DNA of 64,000 nucleotides from Neocallimastix sp. 'constans' (lineage: Eukaryota), in contig JBODTK010000106.1 in NCBI GenBank assembly GCA_050613775.1, positions 124,001 to 188,000 on the forward strand. The letters are read 5' to 3'. Position 1 is the stretch's first letter, and the number at the start of each line of letters is the position of its first letter. Under the pieces are notes generated by a model, which saw only the letters and a program-made list of their open reading frames with translations, was not told the origin of the DNA and did not search any database. Below are positions 24,755 to 37,600 of this stretch, in pieces. Both the position numbers and the translations under genes were made by a program.

Positions 24755-25358
24755 AGATGAAACAAGTTTGCTGCCGTTTATAAAAAAAAAAATGATTGTC
24801 CATTGCTGTGGAAAAGGTGATCAATCTTTTATCCATTGGATATTTGAATGCTCTACCTTTTCTCTATATCGATGTAAATCTTTAGGTTTTATCGATGATT
24901 TATTCATTATATTTGCTGATAAAGTAAGGAATCTTTCCTTACTCTCTTCTTATTCTAATATTTTTAGAATAATGAAAAATTTCATAAACAAGTATATTTT
25001 TATATTTCTTCCTGGTGGAATTTCAGCTTTAGATGAGCTACAATTCGATAATGGAGAACGGAGACATTTAAGTAAACAACTCCTAAAAAGTTCACAGGGA
25101 TCTACTGTTCAATATATTGTGGGGCTTGCGGAATATCTTGCAAATACAATACTAATTATCAGTAGCTCTCTTGAATTACTTTTTAAGAGGCTTAGCAAAA
25201 ACACTTTCATTACCAAGAGTGTCGATGCCGTATACAAAGAGAATAGTGCAATTAGAAGTTCTATTAATTCTCATCAATACACATTTACTAACAGCACAGT
25301 TCCTAGCACAGAACCTATAGTAAATAATTCAATTTTTGATAATCTTGGAACCATTTAA
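24755..25358 (+). mobile_element. 3' fragment of non-LTR retrotransposon ORF2, copy B (different subfamily)
   Basis: CCGKGDQSFIHWIFECSTF zinc knuckle, followed by FLPGG, YIVGLAEYL and TKSVDAV, colinear with copy A motifs. Confidence 0.75.
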
Positions 25359-25359
25359 T

Positions 25360-25392
<33 letters not shown>

Positions 25393-26329
25393 CTTTAAGA
25401 ACTTTTTATTTCTTTTAGCTTTTGTTTGTTAAATTATATATATATATATTTATATATACTTTTATATTTAATGTTTTTTTTATATATACTTTATATTTGT
25501 TTTTTACCTTTTATATATATATATTTAGCATCTTCTTCGAGCGAGATAAGTATAACTTTTTTCCTTTTTTCCTTTTTATTTTGTTTCCCTCTTTTTCTTT
25601 ATCCTTCATTTTCTTTTTTTTATTCATGTGTTCTTTTACATTCTTCTTCTCCTTATGAATGATTTGAGTACTTATCTTTCCTTTCTTCTACCACAAATCC
25701 AATTTTAATAAAGACCATATTATCTATATTGAAGCTATGATTCTCCATGAACATTTATCTTCTGCTTGCTCATTTACAAATGATTTTTCTGGTCTTTCTT
25801 GTGGTTCAGGGAAGAGTTTAGTGGATACCACACTATCTATTTTAAAGATATTACTTCTTTGTTTTATTATTTTAGATTTAACTGGTGATCATGTTACTAC
25901 ACATAGTATACATCACACAGAAATTTTTTAACTTATTTTTATTCTTTATTACATTAAATTTTCTATTATTAATTAAATTTTTTTTTTTTTTTTCTTAATT
26001 TTAATTATTTTTTTATTTTGCTAAATCTTTTATTTAACTTTTATTTTTATATTTAAATTATATAATGTATGTTTTTCAATAAATTTAATTCATAAGAATA
26101 TAATCATCTATTTATTTTTTATTTCACATTACTATTCTAAATATAATTATGTTCTTATTGGACAAACAAGATGTTTTTTTTTTATTAATTGAATATTTTT
26201 ATAAAAAAAATATATATATATATATATATAATAAATTCATGTAATTAATAAATGAATAAATAAATAAAGTTTAAAGTTCATAATAATTACAGCTGAAAAA
26301 AAAAAAAAAAAATTCCATGAGGTTCACTG

Positions 26330-26570
26330 ATGGAATACCATCATAATTTTTGAGGTACTAAGGATGATGGTAAAAAATCTAAACATTACGCAATGATGAA
26401 TATTTTTTGGTACAATTGCTTATTGTAATTGTATGAAATTGATATTATTTATCAAAGGTATAATTAATTTTAAAAATTTTTAAGAAATAGTATAATTTTT
26501 ATTTCATTTATCTTATTCCTTTTTTTCACATTTTAATTTTTTTTTTTTTTTTTTTTTCATATATGAATCT
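26330..26570 (+). repeat. Dispersed repeat, copy 1 (~240 bp), homologous to 35353-35595
   Basis: Shared blocks ATTCCATG..GTTCA.TGAT, ATGGTAAAAAATC.AA.CATT..GCAATGA, TTTTTGGT.CAATTGC.TAT and TTTTAAGAAATAGTAT. Confidence 0.8.
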
Positions 26571-26745
26571 TTTTTTTTCTCTTCCCTGTCTAAAAAAAAA
26601 ATAAGACATTATAATATAATGATTTTTTTATTAATATTTTTAAAATGATCAAATAATTTATATATATTTTTAAATATTATTAAATTTTATTTTGATTAAT
26701 AAAAACTTTGTTATTTTTTTTTTAAATCTTTTTTTTTTTTAATTT

Positions 26746-26778
<33 letters not shown>

Positions 26779-27250
26779 GTTTCAATACATTAAAATTTTA
26801 TACATACAAAAATAATATATAAATAATAAATAATAAACAACAAAAATAAAAATACATATATATATATATATATTAATAATTATAAACTTTTAATCTAATG
26901 TAAAATTTTTAATCTAAAGTAAAACTTCTAATCTAATATTTTTATATTTTTACATGTACAATTGTATAATCTAATCTAATATAGATTTTATATTTTTACA
27001 TGTATTATAAACATATATATTATTAATTGTATAATCTACTAATGTTAAAAATAATAAAAAATAATAAAAAGAAAAATAAAAATATAAACAAATGCTTTAA
27101 ATGTTTTTTTTTTTTTTTTTAAATTATTTAATTTCTAATGTTAAATTATTATTTAAAAGAATATTTTTTTATGAATATTTTATGGAAAATATTTTATATT
27201 ATTTATATTTATTTTATACATAACTGATTTTTTTTATTTATTATTTTATA

Positions 27251-27662
27251 TTACTTTTGTTTATTATAAATAGATTGTTGATTTAAATTTGGAAAGTATG
27301 CTGTATTAATATTAATAGCATTATTAATATATAAGGTGGAGTCACTCTTTCTAAAATTTTGATTTTGATTTTTTATATCTTGAGAATTCATACTTTGGTT
27401 TTTATTATTATGATCAAAAGAAGTAGAAATAGAATAATTCATGGAATAAGAAGGTTGTCGTCTATAATTGTTTTGAGTATTATTACGTTGAATAAAATTT
27501 TGATTATAATTAATTGAGTCAGCAATTGGTATTGAAAGATTAGATTGAATTGAAGATACATGAGGTGGATTAAAGTTTGGTCGACCATTATTATCATTTG
27601 TAGTGCAATAATTTGTTTGTGGTACTGTGTAGATTTGAGATTGATAATAATTAGTTTTCATT

Positions 27663-27750
<88 letters not shown>

Positions 27751-29665
27751 TAGTATTATTATTACTGTTATTATTATTATTATTATTATTATTGTTATTA
27801 TTATTATTGTTATTATTCATTCTAATATTATAATTAGAATTATTTAATGATTGAACTGTTGAAATAGTATAAGATGAGTTTTGTGATTGTAATTTATTTG
27901 ATTGATGAGTATGAGAATTTGAAGTACTTGTTGTAGTGAATGAAGTAGAATTTTTAACAGCAATATGATTATAATTAGTGTATTTACGATTTATTAATCC
28001 TGATCCATTTGAATAATAATTATTAACATTATTAGAATAGTTTGAATCGTGATAATAATTATCATTTTTAGATAATTCTCCTCCAAAACTATTATAATCG
28101 TAATAACTTTCATATGGCTTTTTATTTTTAAATTTGAAAATACTTGAACTCAAAAACGATTTATTATAGTAAAGGACGGCATATAAACAAGAAAGTATTA
28201 CAAATAATATAAATAAATTTTTCAAAGACTTTAAAGGAGAAATAAGTGTTGAAAATAATTTCTGTTAAAAAAAAATATATATATATATATATATGTTATT
28301 TTTTTTATTATTATTTACTTTTTTATTAATATATTTATTTATTTATTATTCTAAAGTCCAAAATTAATTAAACTAAATTGAAATGAATATTAATAACTTA
28401 CTTTTGAGAAGCTTGGTTTTTCATTTCTTTTTTTATTGACACGAAGATAATTTTGTTTGCGAAATTCTCTGTAATTTTCTTCTTCACTTTCATGTTCACT
28501 TTCAATGTCACTTTCATTTTCACTAATAATTAATTTAACTTTTTGATATTCATTATTGTTATATTTTACTTTTGGTTTTTCTTGTTTTTTTCCTATTTTT
28601 GATTTTTTTGGTCTCTGTTTTTTAATATTAAAAATGTTTTCTTCTTGAAGTTGTGAATCATCATTCATTGCGGACTTATTTTCAGTAAAATCTTTAAATG
28701 AACTTTTTTTAACTTTACTATCAAAAGACATATTGTTATTAATACTACTAACATCACCTTTATTCATTCCAGTTTCGTTAACTTCACTTATATCATTTGT
28801 CAATAAATTTTGATCAGGAACTTTACTTTTGAAATTATCAGTTGTATTTTCTATAAGTGTATTTACAATATATGTCATAAGTGGATTATTAATAAATCTG
28901 CTACTTTTTTTTTGGACATTATTATTAGCAGTTGGATTCGTATTTTCATCTTTGTCTTCAACAGCTAATTCGGTGTTATAATTTTGTTTGTTATAAATAT
29001 TTTGTTCGTTATCTATGTTGGATTTATTATCAACAAATTTTTCAGAATCCTTGTTTATCTTGTTTTTAACATTTTGTTTAGTATTAATATTGGATTCACT
29101 ATCAATAATCGGTGCTATAGATTCATTATCTATTTTATCATCAGCAATTTGATTAATATCAACATTGATCTTATTATCAATAATTTGTTTTGCATTATAT
29201 TCTTTTTTATTTACTTGTTGTTCCTCGTCTTTATCAATATTATTAAAATTATCAGACATTCCATTATTAATTTCTTTGTGGTTTTCGTTTTTATCTATAT
29301 CAGAAATATCATGTTCTTCACTTTTATCCTTTTCAATTTTTTCTTCATAAATACTATTATTTATATTCTTTTTAAATAATTTATCAAATAATGATGGTTT
29401 CGATTCAGATTCAACATTAAAATCATTTATGAATATATTATTAATAATTTTTCTTGAATTTTTATTTTTTAATAACATTATTTTCCTTTGATAAAAGTCT
29501 TTTCTAATATCATTTAATTTTTGATCTTTTTTTTCCATATTTTCCTTTAATTCATTTTTATTGGCTATAAATAATTTAAAAAATAAATTTTAAAAATTAA
29601 CATTCAAATTTTATTAAATAAATAAATTTTATTTTTAACTTTTTAATATTAGATTAATTAAAAGT

Positions 29666-29697
<32 letters not shown>

Positions 29698-30560
29698 TAA
29701 ACAAATATATATATTTGTTGATATATAATATCTAAAAATTGTACATACAACCATCATTAACAGAATTTATTGGTTCTAATTCTTCTTTTTTCTCCTCTAT
29801 ATGTTCCTTTACGTACTCCTCTTTATGCTGTTCTCTTTCCTTTTCCTTTATTTCTATGTTTACATTTTCTTCTAGGTTTACTTTTTCCTCTTCTTTCTCT
29901 TCTTCTATTCCTTTTTCTATCTCTTCCTCTTTCTCTTCTTTCTCTTCTTTTTTTTTCTCGCTTTCTTTTTCCTGTACTTTTTCCTTAATTTTATCTTCCA
30001 TTTTATCTTCTATTTTATCTTCTATCATATCTTTTACTTTATCTTCTTCTTTTTCATTTTCGTTTACTTCTTCTTTCTCTTCTTCTTTTTCTTCTACTTT
30101 CTCTTCTTCTTTTTCTTCTACTTTTTCTTCTACCTTTTCTTCTTCTTTTTCTTCTACTTTCTCTTCTTCTTTTTCTTCTACTTTTTCTTCTACTTTTTCT
30201 TCTTCTTTTTCTTCTACTTTTTCTTCTTCTTTTTCTTCTACTTTTTCTTCTACTTTCTCTTCTTCTTTTTCTTCTACCTTTTCTTCTACCTTTTCTTCTA
30301 CCTTTTCTTCTACCTTTTCTTCTATTCTTTCTTCTTCTTCTTCTACCTTTTCTTCTCCTTTTTCTTCTACCTTTTCTTCTACCTTTTCTTCAGCCTTTTC
30401 TTTTCCTATTTCTTCTACTATTTCTTCTACTTTTTCCTTTTGTCTATTTTTACTAAAAACTTCAATTTTATTTCTAATAAAATCAAGAACATCATCACTA
30501 TTCTCATAATCTTTTAATTCATCTTCTCTTTTACCATTATTAAATCTTTGTAGTTTAAAT

Positions 30561-30620
<60 letters not shown>

Positions 30621-31369
30621 TATGATGATAATTATAAAATAAAATTAAAATATATTATTAATTATAATATTTTAACTTTTATATATAAGATATAATAATG
30701 TTTTTTATTTTATATATATTAATATCATACAATAAAAGTGTTGGGAAATATTCAATATTGTTTTCTTTACAAAATACATAATAACGAGTACATTCAACCA
30801 TACCAAGGTTAATATTACTTGTTATATTTTCTTTGTCTGCTTGATTTTGAATTTCTAACCACATATATGTAAATGTTTCCGATTTTACACTGGCATTTGA
30901 CCCGAAAAATATGAACCAAAGACCATATTGACCATTTTGCTTAAACTCTTCAGGGCTTAACATCTTCAAATATTTATTAATATCTATACTTTGAGATTCT
31001 GAAAAGTTATCTTCAACGTCAGATCCATTTCCCTTAATGCATAGAGCATTAACTATTACCCGTAAAAATATATATATAAATATTATATTTTATTATATTT
31101 TAATTTAAAGAAAAAAAAATTATGAAAAAATATTTTTAATAAATATTTAATATATATATAATTATATTGAATGTTTATGTGTGTTAAAATATAAAATAAT
31201 ATAAATTTTAACCGAATAAATAAGGATATGTAAAAATATTTATAATTAATATAATATAATATTAAATAATATAAAAATAATACCAAAAATTTTTTATTTT
31301 ATAAAATTTAATAAATAACTTACAAAGGATTAAAACAGTGATAAGAATATATTTAGTTAACAGTGTCAT
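27251..31369 (-). CDS. Type-I membrane protein: signal peptide, thioredoxin/PDI-like domain lacking catalytic cysteines, long E/K/V-repeat and acidic stalk, TM helix, Asn-rich tail (5 exons)
   Basis: Exons ~31369-31324 (MTLLTKYILITVLIL), ~31052-30731 (WFIFFGSNASVKSETF...LGMVECT...FCKENNIEYFPTLL), ~30545-29749 (FNNG..., EKVE repeats), ~29564-28402 and ~28261-27251 (TM LFILFVILSCLYAVLYY). All junctions are GT-AG and phase-compatible. Confidence 0.8.
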
Positions 31370-31465
31370 TATATATATATATATAATCAATCAATGTTTA
31401 ATTTTTTTTTGTTGTAGTTATTTTTATTTTTTATTTTCTTTTCTCTCCTAAACAAAAACAAAAAC

Positions 31466-31497
<32 letters not shown>

Positions 31498-33175
31498 TAA
31501 TATTTAGAAAACTTATATTTATTAACAGTATATGGGTTATTAATTGAACATTCGAACAAAATATTCAAATTCCAATATAAATATAATTCTATATTTTATA
31601 TTATTTGCTTTAAAAATTTATATATATATTTTTAAATAAAAATTTATTAAAAGAATTAAATGAAAAAAAGTTGAATAAAAAAAAAAAGAAAAGAAAAAAA
31701 TAAAAATAATATTATTAATATTAATAATATTAATATTTCTAAATAATAATTATAATATAACTAATAAATTTTAATATTTCTAAATATATAAACTTTTTAT
31801 AATGCAAAAAAATATATAGAGATTAAGTAAGTTTTATTTAATTTTTTAATGTTTTGGTAAAATGATATAGAAAAAAAAAAAAAAAAAAGTTTATATATAT
31901 GAATTAACACTATACTTTATTTATTTGAAAATAATAATTAATCTCAAAATAATAAGTATAATCAACATGTGGAGGTATAACATCATAAAAAATTTTTAAA
32001 TTTTTAAATTTTTAAATTTCAAGTAAAAAAATTTATATATATATATATTTATAAAAACTCAGCAGATTAAATATTTACAAAAAAAAAAAAAATTTTTTTA
32101 TAAATTTTAAAATTATTTATTTTTGTATATAATTCAAATAAATAAAAATAAATATATTTAAAGTTTATAATAACAAAAAATATATATATATAATTAAATC
32201 ATTACTTTTAATAGTATTATACATTATATAAATTACTTCAGTAATTTTTATAAATATTGATAATTTCAATAATTATATTATTGAAATATTTTAAATATAT
32301 GAATTATTTAAAAATATGCTATATATATATATATTTTATGTTACTTAATTATTAAAGATTTTCTCAATTATCCATATGATATTTTATTAATGCCTTTAAC
32401 ATACCAATTTGATAGAGATATTCATGGAACTAGTGTTTAATTGAAAAAATAGAAAGTAAGGGGAAAAATTTCAATAAAATTAAATTAACAACTTAATTCT
32501 TCAGAATAGAAAATCCTTATTTAAACATATAGTATAACATTGGGACGTTTTTCACTTTTTAATTTGCTATTATTAAAATTATACATTATTATTACTATTT
32601 CAATGAATATATTTTTAAAAACATATTGTAATATTAATTATTCTTAAAGCATATAAAGTCAATCAATTTTTAATATTTAATATTTTATAATTTAAGAATG
32701 TTTTATTTGTTTCAATTTACATATTTTGTATATTTAAATATAGAAATAAATAAATTAAATAATATATTTATGTATAGTATACATATTGATATAGTTATCA
32801 CATGATTCTATATTATATTAATTTAATATTAAAAAATAAAGATTTTTGGTGAAAAAGTTTGTTTTTGGTATTACAAAAATTTATTTTTAATATTCTTATT
32901 TATAAATTTTATTAATATGTAATTTTATTTCATATTGTTTTTATATATTCTTGTGGCTTTAATAAATTTTATTATTATACTTCATAAAAAAGTTTTAAAT
33001 AATATATTTAATTAAAAATTAATAATGGCGACTATTGTATAACATATAAAAATTAACTTTAATTCATAGTAATATCTCATTTATTAATTTTTCGTAAATT
33101 CTATTAAATAATTAATATATAAAATTAGTTTTACTTTAATTATTATATTAAAAAAAAAAAAAAAAAAAAAAAAGA

Positions 33176-33352
33176 TAATCCTTAAAATATAAATTTTACA
33201 AATTAAAAGATTTGAATTTGAAATCATAATAAGCTTCAATATTTAAAGAAAAAAAAAGTTAAATATTAAATATAATAAAAATATAATCCTTAAAATATAA
33301 ATTTCAAAAATTAAAAAAGATTGGAATTCGAAATCATTATAATAAACTTCAA
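33176..33352. repeat. Diverged tandem duplication (~107-bp period) upstream of the Cys-rich gene
   Basis: ATAATCCTTAAAATATAAATTT...GAATT.GAAATCAT...CTTCAATA occurs twice, at ~33176 and ~33284. Confidence 0.75.
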
Positions 33353-33664
33353 TAAACAATGAATTAAAAAATAATTAATTCTTGTTTATTTTTTATAATG
33401 ATTATTTATTAAACAAGATATAATAATATACTTTAAACCGAAAGGAAATAATAATTATAATTATAAAACAAAAATAAAAAATAAAAAAAAAAATAATAAC
33501 ATACAACAAATAATAATTTACCAAATAATAAAAATAATATTCGATATATTCAAAATAAATAAATAAATAAATACATATATTTAATAGAAAATCAATAAAA
33601 TAAAATTTCTTAATAGCAAAAAATAATAATATTGATATATATATTCTTATATTAATAAACAAAA

Positions 33665-34609
33665 ATGAGATTATATAATTTATTATTAAGTTCCATATAT
33701 TTAATTTGTGGAGCCATTGCTACAAAAGATCTTATACCATATTATAATATTTCCTTTCTCGACAAAAGACAATCAATAGGAAAGGTTAATGATTTTTCAT
33801 CAATTAATGAAGAAACAGTACCAAAAGTTAATAAAATTTTTGATCTTGGTAGTGTTAGTACAATATTCAAAAATGATATCCAAACTCCAAAGCTCGTTGG
33901 CAATGTATCAGTATCAGAAATTTTTGGTTTAGATGAAGAAGATGTTTCAAAAGAATGTTTAGATATAATTCAATCAAAATATTCTTGTATTACACTTCAA
34001 AACAATGATTTTAATTTATTTTGTAAAAATCTGAATGAAACTAATTGTAATTTAGATAATAAAGTGAAGTTTGAAATTAGGGACAAATGTAAAGTAAATT
34101 TAGGAGATGTTGAAGAATTCTTAAAAACTATTAATAATATAATTTCAACAAAACAATTTTTTTGTATTAAAATGAAGAATGAAACAGATTATTGTCCACT
34201 AACGTTATCTTTACAAAAAGGATACCTTGATTTAGTTAAATTAACAGAAAAAAATGAAAAAGAAATTGCTAAAAAAAAGAGATCTCCATTAATTTCAAAT
34301 GTTAATACCTATATTCCTTCGAGAAGTATTGATTTACAAGTAATTAGAAGAAATCTTGTTAAGGAGCTTAAAGAGAATTGTAAAGATGATGTTTGCCATA
34401 AAAAAGCAATTGAATATATTAATAATATAAGACAAGACTATTCTTACTTTAATTTAATTTATCAGTATCAAATTAATGATGATACTTTAAGAGATTCACT
34501 TTTAAAAGTTTTAAGAGAAGGAGAATGTTCAAGCGCTTCCATGAAATATATATTTTCTTGTCAATTATTACTATCCATAATTTTATTAGCTGTTGTAATA
34601 TTATTTTAA
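33665..34609 (+). CDS. Secreted Cys-rich protein, probably GPI-anchored (314 aa)
   Basis: Hydrophobic N-terminal signal (MRLYNLLLSSIYLICGAIA) and about 10 spaced Cys. The C-terminal small residues (SSAS) precede a hydrophobic end with no cytosolic tail. Confidence 0.85.
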   Translation: MRLYNLLLSSIYLICGAIATKDLIPYYNISFLDKRQSIGKVNDFSSINEETVPKVNKIFDLGSVSTIFKNDIQTPKLVGNVSVSEIFGLDEEDVSKECLDIIQSKYSCITLQNNDFNLFCKNLNETNCNLDNKVKFEIRDKCKVNLGDVEEFLKTINNIISTKQFFCIKMKNETDYCPLTLSLQKGYLDLVKLTEKNEKEIAKKKRSPLISNVNTYIPSRSIDLQVIRRNLVKELKENCKDDVCHKKAIEYINNIRQDYSYFNLIYQYQINDDTLRDSLLKVLREGECSSASMKYIFSCQLLLSIILLAVVILF

Positions 34610-35217
34610 TATTATTTAAAAAAGCAATAAATAAACTAAATTAATAAAAAATAAAAATAAATAAATAAATGAACAAAAAAATAAAAAATAAATGAGCCAA
34701 CAAATAAAAAATATGAATGAACAGGCAAAAAAAAATCAATGAGCAAACAAATAAAAAAAATAAATTAGCAAATAAATAAAAAAAATAAATAAATTAATAT
34801 ATGAACAAATAAAATAAAATAAAATAAAAAGTCCTTCTAAATAAAATAAAAAAAAATAATTATAGAATTAAAATTTATTAAAAATTTTAACAATAAAACA
34901 AAATACATATCTAATGAATAAAATATATACCATTTTTTTTTTTTTTTTTTTATAAGAAGAATTATTTAAATGTAAAATAAATATAAAATTAAAAACTTCT
35001 AATAATATTAAATATAAATTTTTTTAAATAAAAATAAAATTTAAATTATAAATAATTGTTTTATAGTTATATGTTTTATTATAAACGTAAAGTTTTTTAT
35101 AAATGCATATATTTTCATATCTTTTACAGTAAAGATCTAGTATTTAATATGTATATTCTTTTTTAATTTAAAAGAAAATATACCATTATTGCTATTTTAT
35201 TTATTAAACAAATTTCA

Positions 35218-35286
<69 letters not shown>

Positions 35287-35352
35287 AATCTAAATAAATA
35301 AATAAATAAATAAATAATAAAAGATAATTAAAATCCCCCTCAAGGATATATC

Positions 35353-35595
35353 ACATTCCATGGAGTTCATTGATAAAAGATCATCTTATTTCTCATTGTA
35401 CCGAGAGTTATGGTAAAAAATCCAAGCATTGTGCAATGAATGTTTTTGGTGCAATTGCATATCAATGCAATTTTTTATTATCAATAATATTTATCAAAAT
35501 TAATTTTAAAAAACTTTTAAGAAATAGTATCATTTTTCTTTTATGTATATTTTTCCTTTTTCACTTTTTCATTTTTTTCATGTATAAATCTTTTA
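35353..35595 (+). repeat. Dispersed repeat, copy 2 (homologous to 26330-26570)
   Basis: See copy 1. It explains ORF 35370-35699. Confidence 0.8.
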
Positions 35596-36559
35596 TGTAT
35601 AGTACTTTAATGTTATATTTAACAAGTATTTTTTTTTTTTTTTTTTTTTTTTTTTATTTATTTAATTATGGTTCTTTTTTATATTGCTTTATGAATTGAT
35701 TCATTCCACCTCATGTACTTTTTTTTTTTTTTTTTTTTGATTTTTTTAATATATCCTTGATATTTAATACTCTTTACACTTTTTTATAAAAAATAATTGA
35801 TTTATATTAATATTTCATTTCATTGAAATAAAAGGCCACAGCAAAGAATTTCTTTTATATATATATATATTACTTTATTTACTAATATTTTTATAATATT
35901 TTTTTTTATTAATATAGATTATTTTTAAGAAGTTGGTAATAGTTCATTCCTGAATTCTATCTCTAATTCCTATCTATTTCTCATTCTTTTTCATTATAAA
36001 ACAAAACATGAAAATCCTTGGTATGCATGGTCTTAAATTTGGTATCCATAATTTCTATCATTTCCCTAATTATAATTTATAATATAAATATACTCTCAGT
36101 AAATATAATTTCCGTTTGGGGTCAGCAAAAAAACGAAAACTGATTATGTTAATTGATTAAAGAATCATTAAAATAACTCTTATTACATTGTTAATTATTT
36201 CAGCATGACTAAATAGAAATTTAAAGATCTTAATTCTTAAAATTAAAAATATCTCCCGATGATTTTACTACGCCACTTCTTGGTAAGAGAATTAAATGGT
36301 CTAGCTGAATTTGTAGGGATAAACAAAAAGCAATTTTCTCTCATAATAAATTTACATGTTTACTGGATGAATTTGAATATAATGGTAATTTAGACTCTAA
36401 AGCAATGGTAAAGAAACTTTTTGTTATAGCAAATTAAATAGATGATGAAACTCAAGCAAAAGTTTCTAAAGATCTACAGGGTTCAGCATTCCGATGTTTT
36501 GTTTATATTATGAAATAATCTTATGAAAAGAATTTATTTTATAAAAGGATTAAAAATAA

Positions 36560-37440
36560 TTATGAATGAAAACGAAAGAATGCTTAAACGAAATGAAGCG
36601 AATGTAGGCGAGTGAGAGATCGAGCACGTAACGTAGTGAAGTTGCTTAGAGGCTTGAGATCAGTCGAGAATGAGCGAAATGTAGTCAATGAGTGAAGTTG
36701 AGTGAAATAATAGAGGTATTTTTAGGTTTTATTTTGATATAGTTTTTGATATATTTTAGCATAAAAACCATATCGTTGTTATATATTTTTAATCTGGAGC
36801 CTTAATTAATTAATTATATAGCAGAGTTTTAATATAATTGAACAATAAACCCTATTGTTTATTAATATATATAAGTCATGTGATTTTAATTAACGATAAA
36901 ACAGCTATTATTTAACATAAATAACTATGAAAACACATATTGTCAATTGACGATAAAGCCTGTATTGTTTATATAAACATAAGGCTATATTGATATATAT
37001 TGAACATATATGCATATATTGTTAATTGAATAACTTAGCTATGTTGTTTATTTATTTATACACGTTCCAGAAATTCAATGAACAATAAAACAGCTATAAA
37101 TTAATATAAATGATAGTGTTTTTAGCATTTGCAAACCTAGCTAGTTTGAGGATATCTGAGCATATATTTAGCATATTGAACGATCAAAAGCATATGTTGT
37201 TCAACCAGCTAGGTTTTGCATAACTAACTATATTGTTTATATATATATTAAATAAACGATTATTGTTCATATTATTAAATATTACGATTATTGTTAATAT
37301 TTTATATAAACTATTGTTGTTAATATTATAAATAAATACAATTATTGCTATATTATTATATAAACTATTATTGTTAATATTATTATTATATAAATATTAT
37401 TGCAATATGCTGATTTTGAATGTTTTTTTGATACAAACTA
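36560..37440. repeat. Purine-rich, CpG-rich tract followed by degenerate short repeats; probable transposon terminal region
   Basis: 36560-36715 has GAGCGAA/GAGTGAA/CGAG motifs. 36830-37400 repeats AAC(A/G)ATAAA, TATTGTTTAT and TATTGTTAATAT. Confidence 0.4.
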
Positions 37441-37464
37441 CTTATATTTATCAATAAACAATGC

Positions 37465-37600
37465 AAAATATTCACAATTTTCTCTTGGAATTTTTTTGGA
37501 TTGGAAGAATTAAATGCATACTAATATTTGATATGAAACCTTATGTAAAAAGCAAACTAGTATCAGATGATTGCCCAGCATTTTGCCTTTGTTATAGTAT
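37465..37600 (+). mobile_element. Small non-LTR retrotransposon ORF2 fragment (region just before the CCHC knuckle)
   Basis: Translates FWIGRIKCILIFDMKPYVKSKLVSDDCPAFCLCY, matching the (D)CP..CPCC lead-in seen in copies A and B. Confidence 0.55.

Noticed and set aside
25520..25930. Coding-like minus-strand stretch (…IFKIDSVVSTKLFPEPQERPEKSFVNEQ…KE-rich)
   Set aside because: It has internal stops and no recognisable family. Probably a decayed gene or TE, but it cannot be assigned.
27560..30509. Plus-strand ORFs, including the 256-aa FSST-repeat ORF
   Set aside because: Antisense of the exons of the minus-strand thioredoxin-like gene.
31050..31065. Apparent non-canonical (ACG) acceptor for exon 2 of the thioredoxin-like gene
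   Set aside because: A canonical in-phase TAG acceptor lies 9 nt further in.
35940..36530. Moderately GC-rich decayed coding-like DNA
   Set aside because: Only a GLAEFV fragment hints at LINE origin, which is not enough to call a feature.
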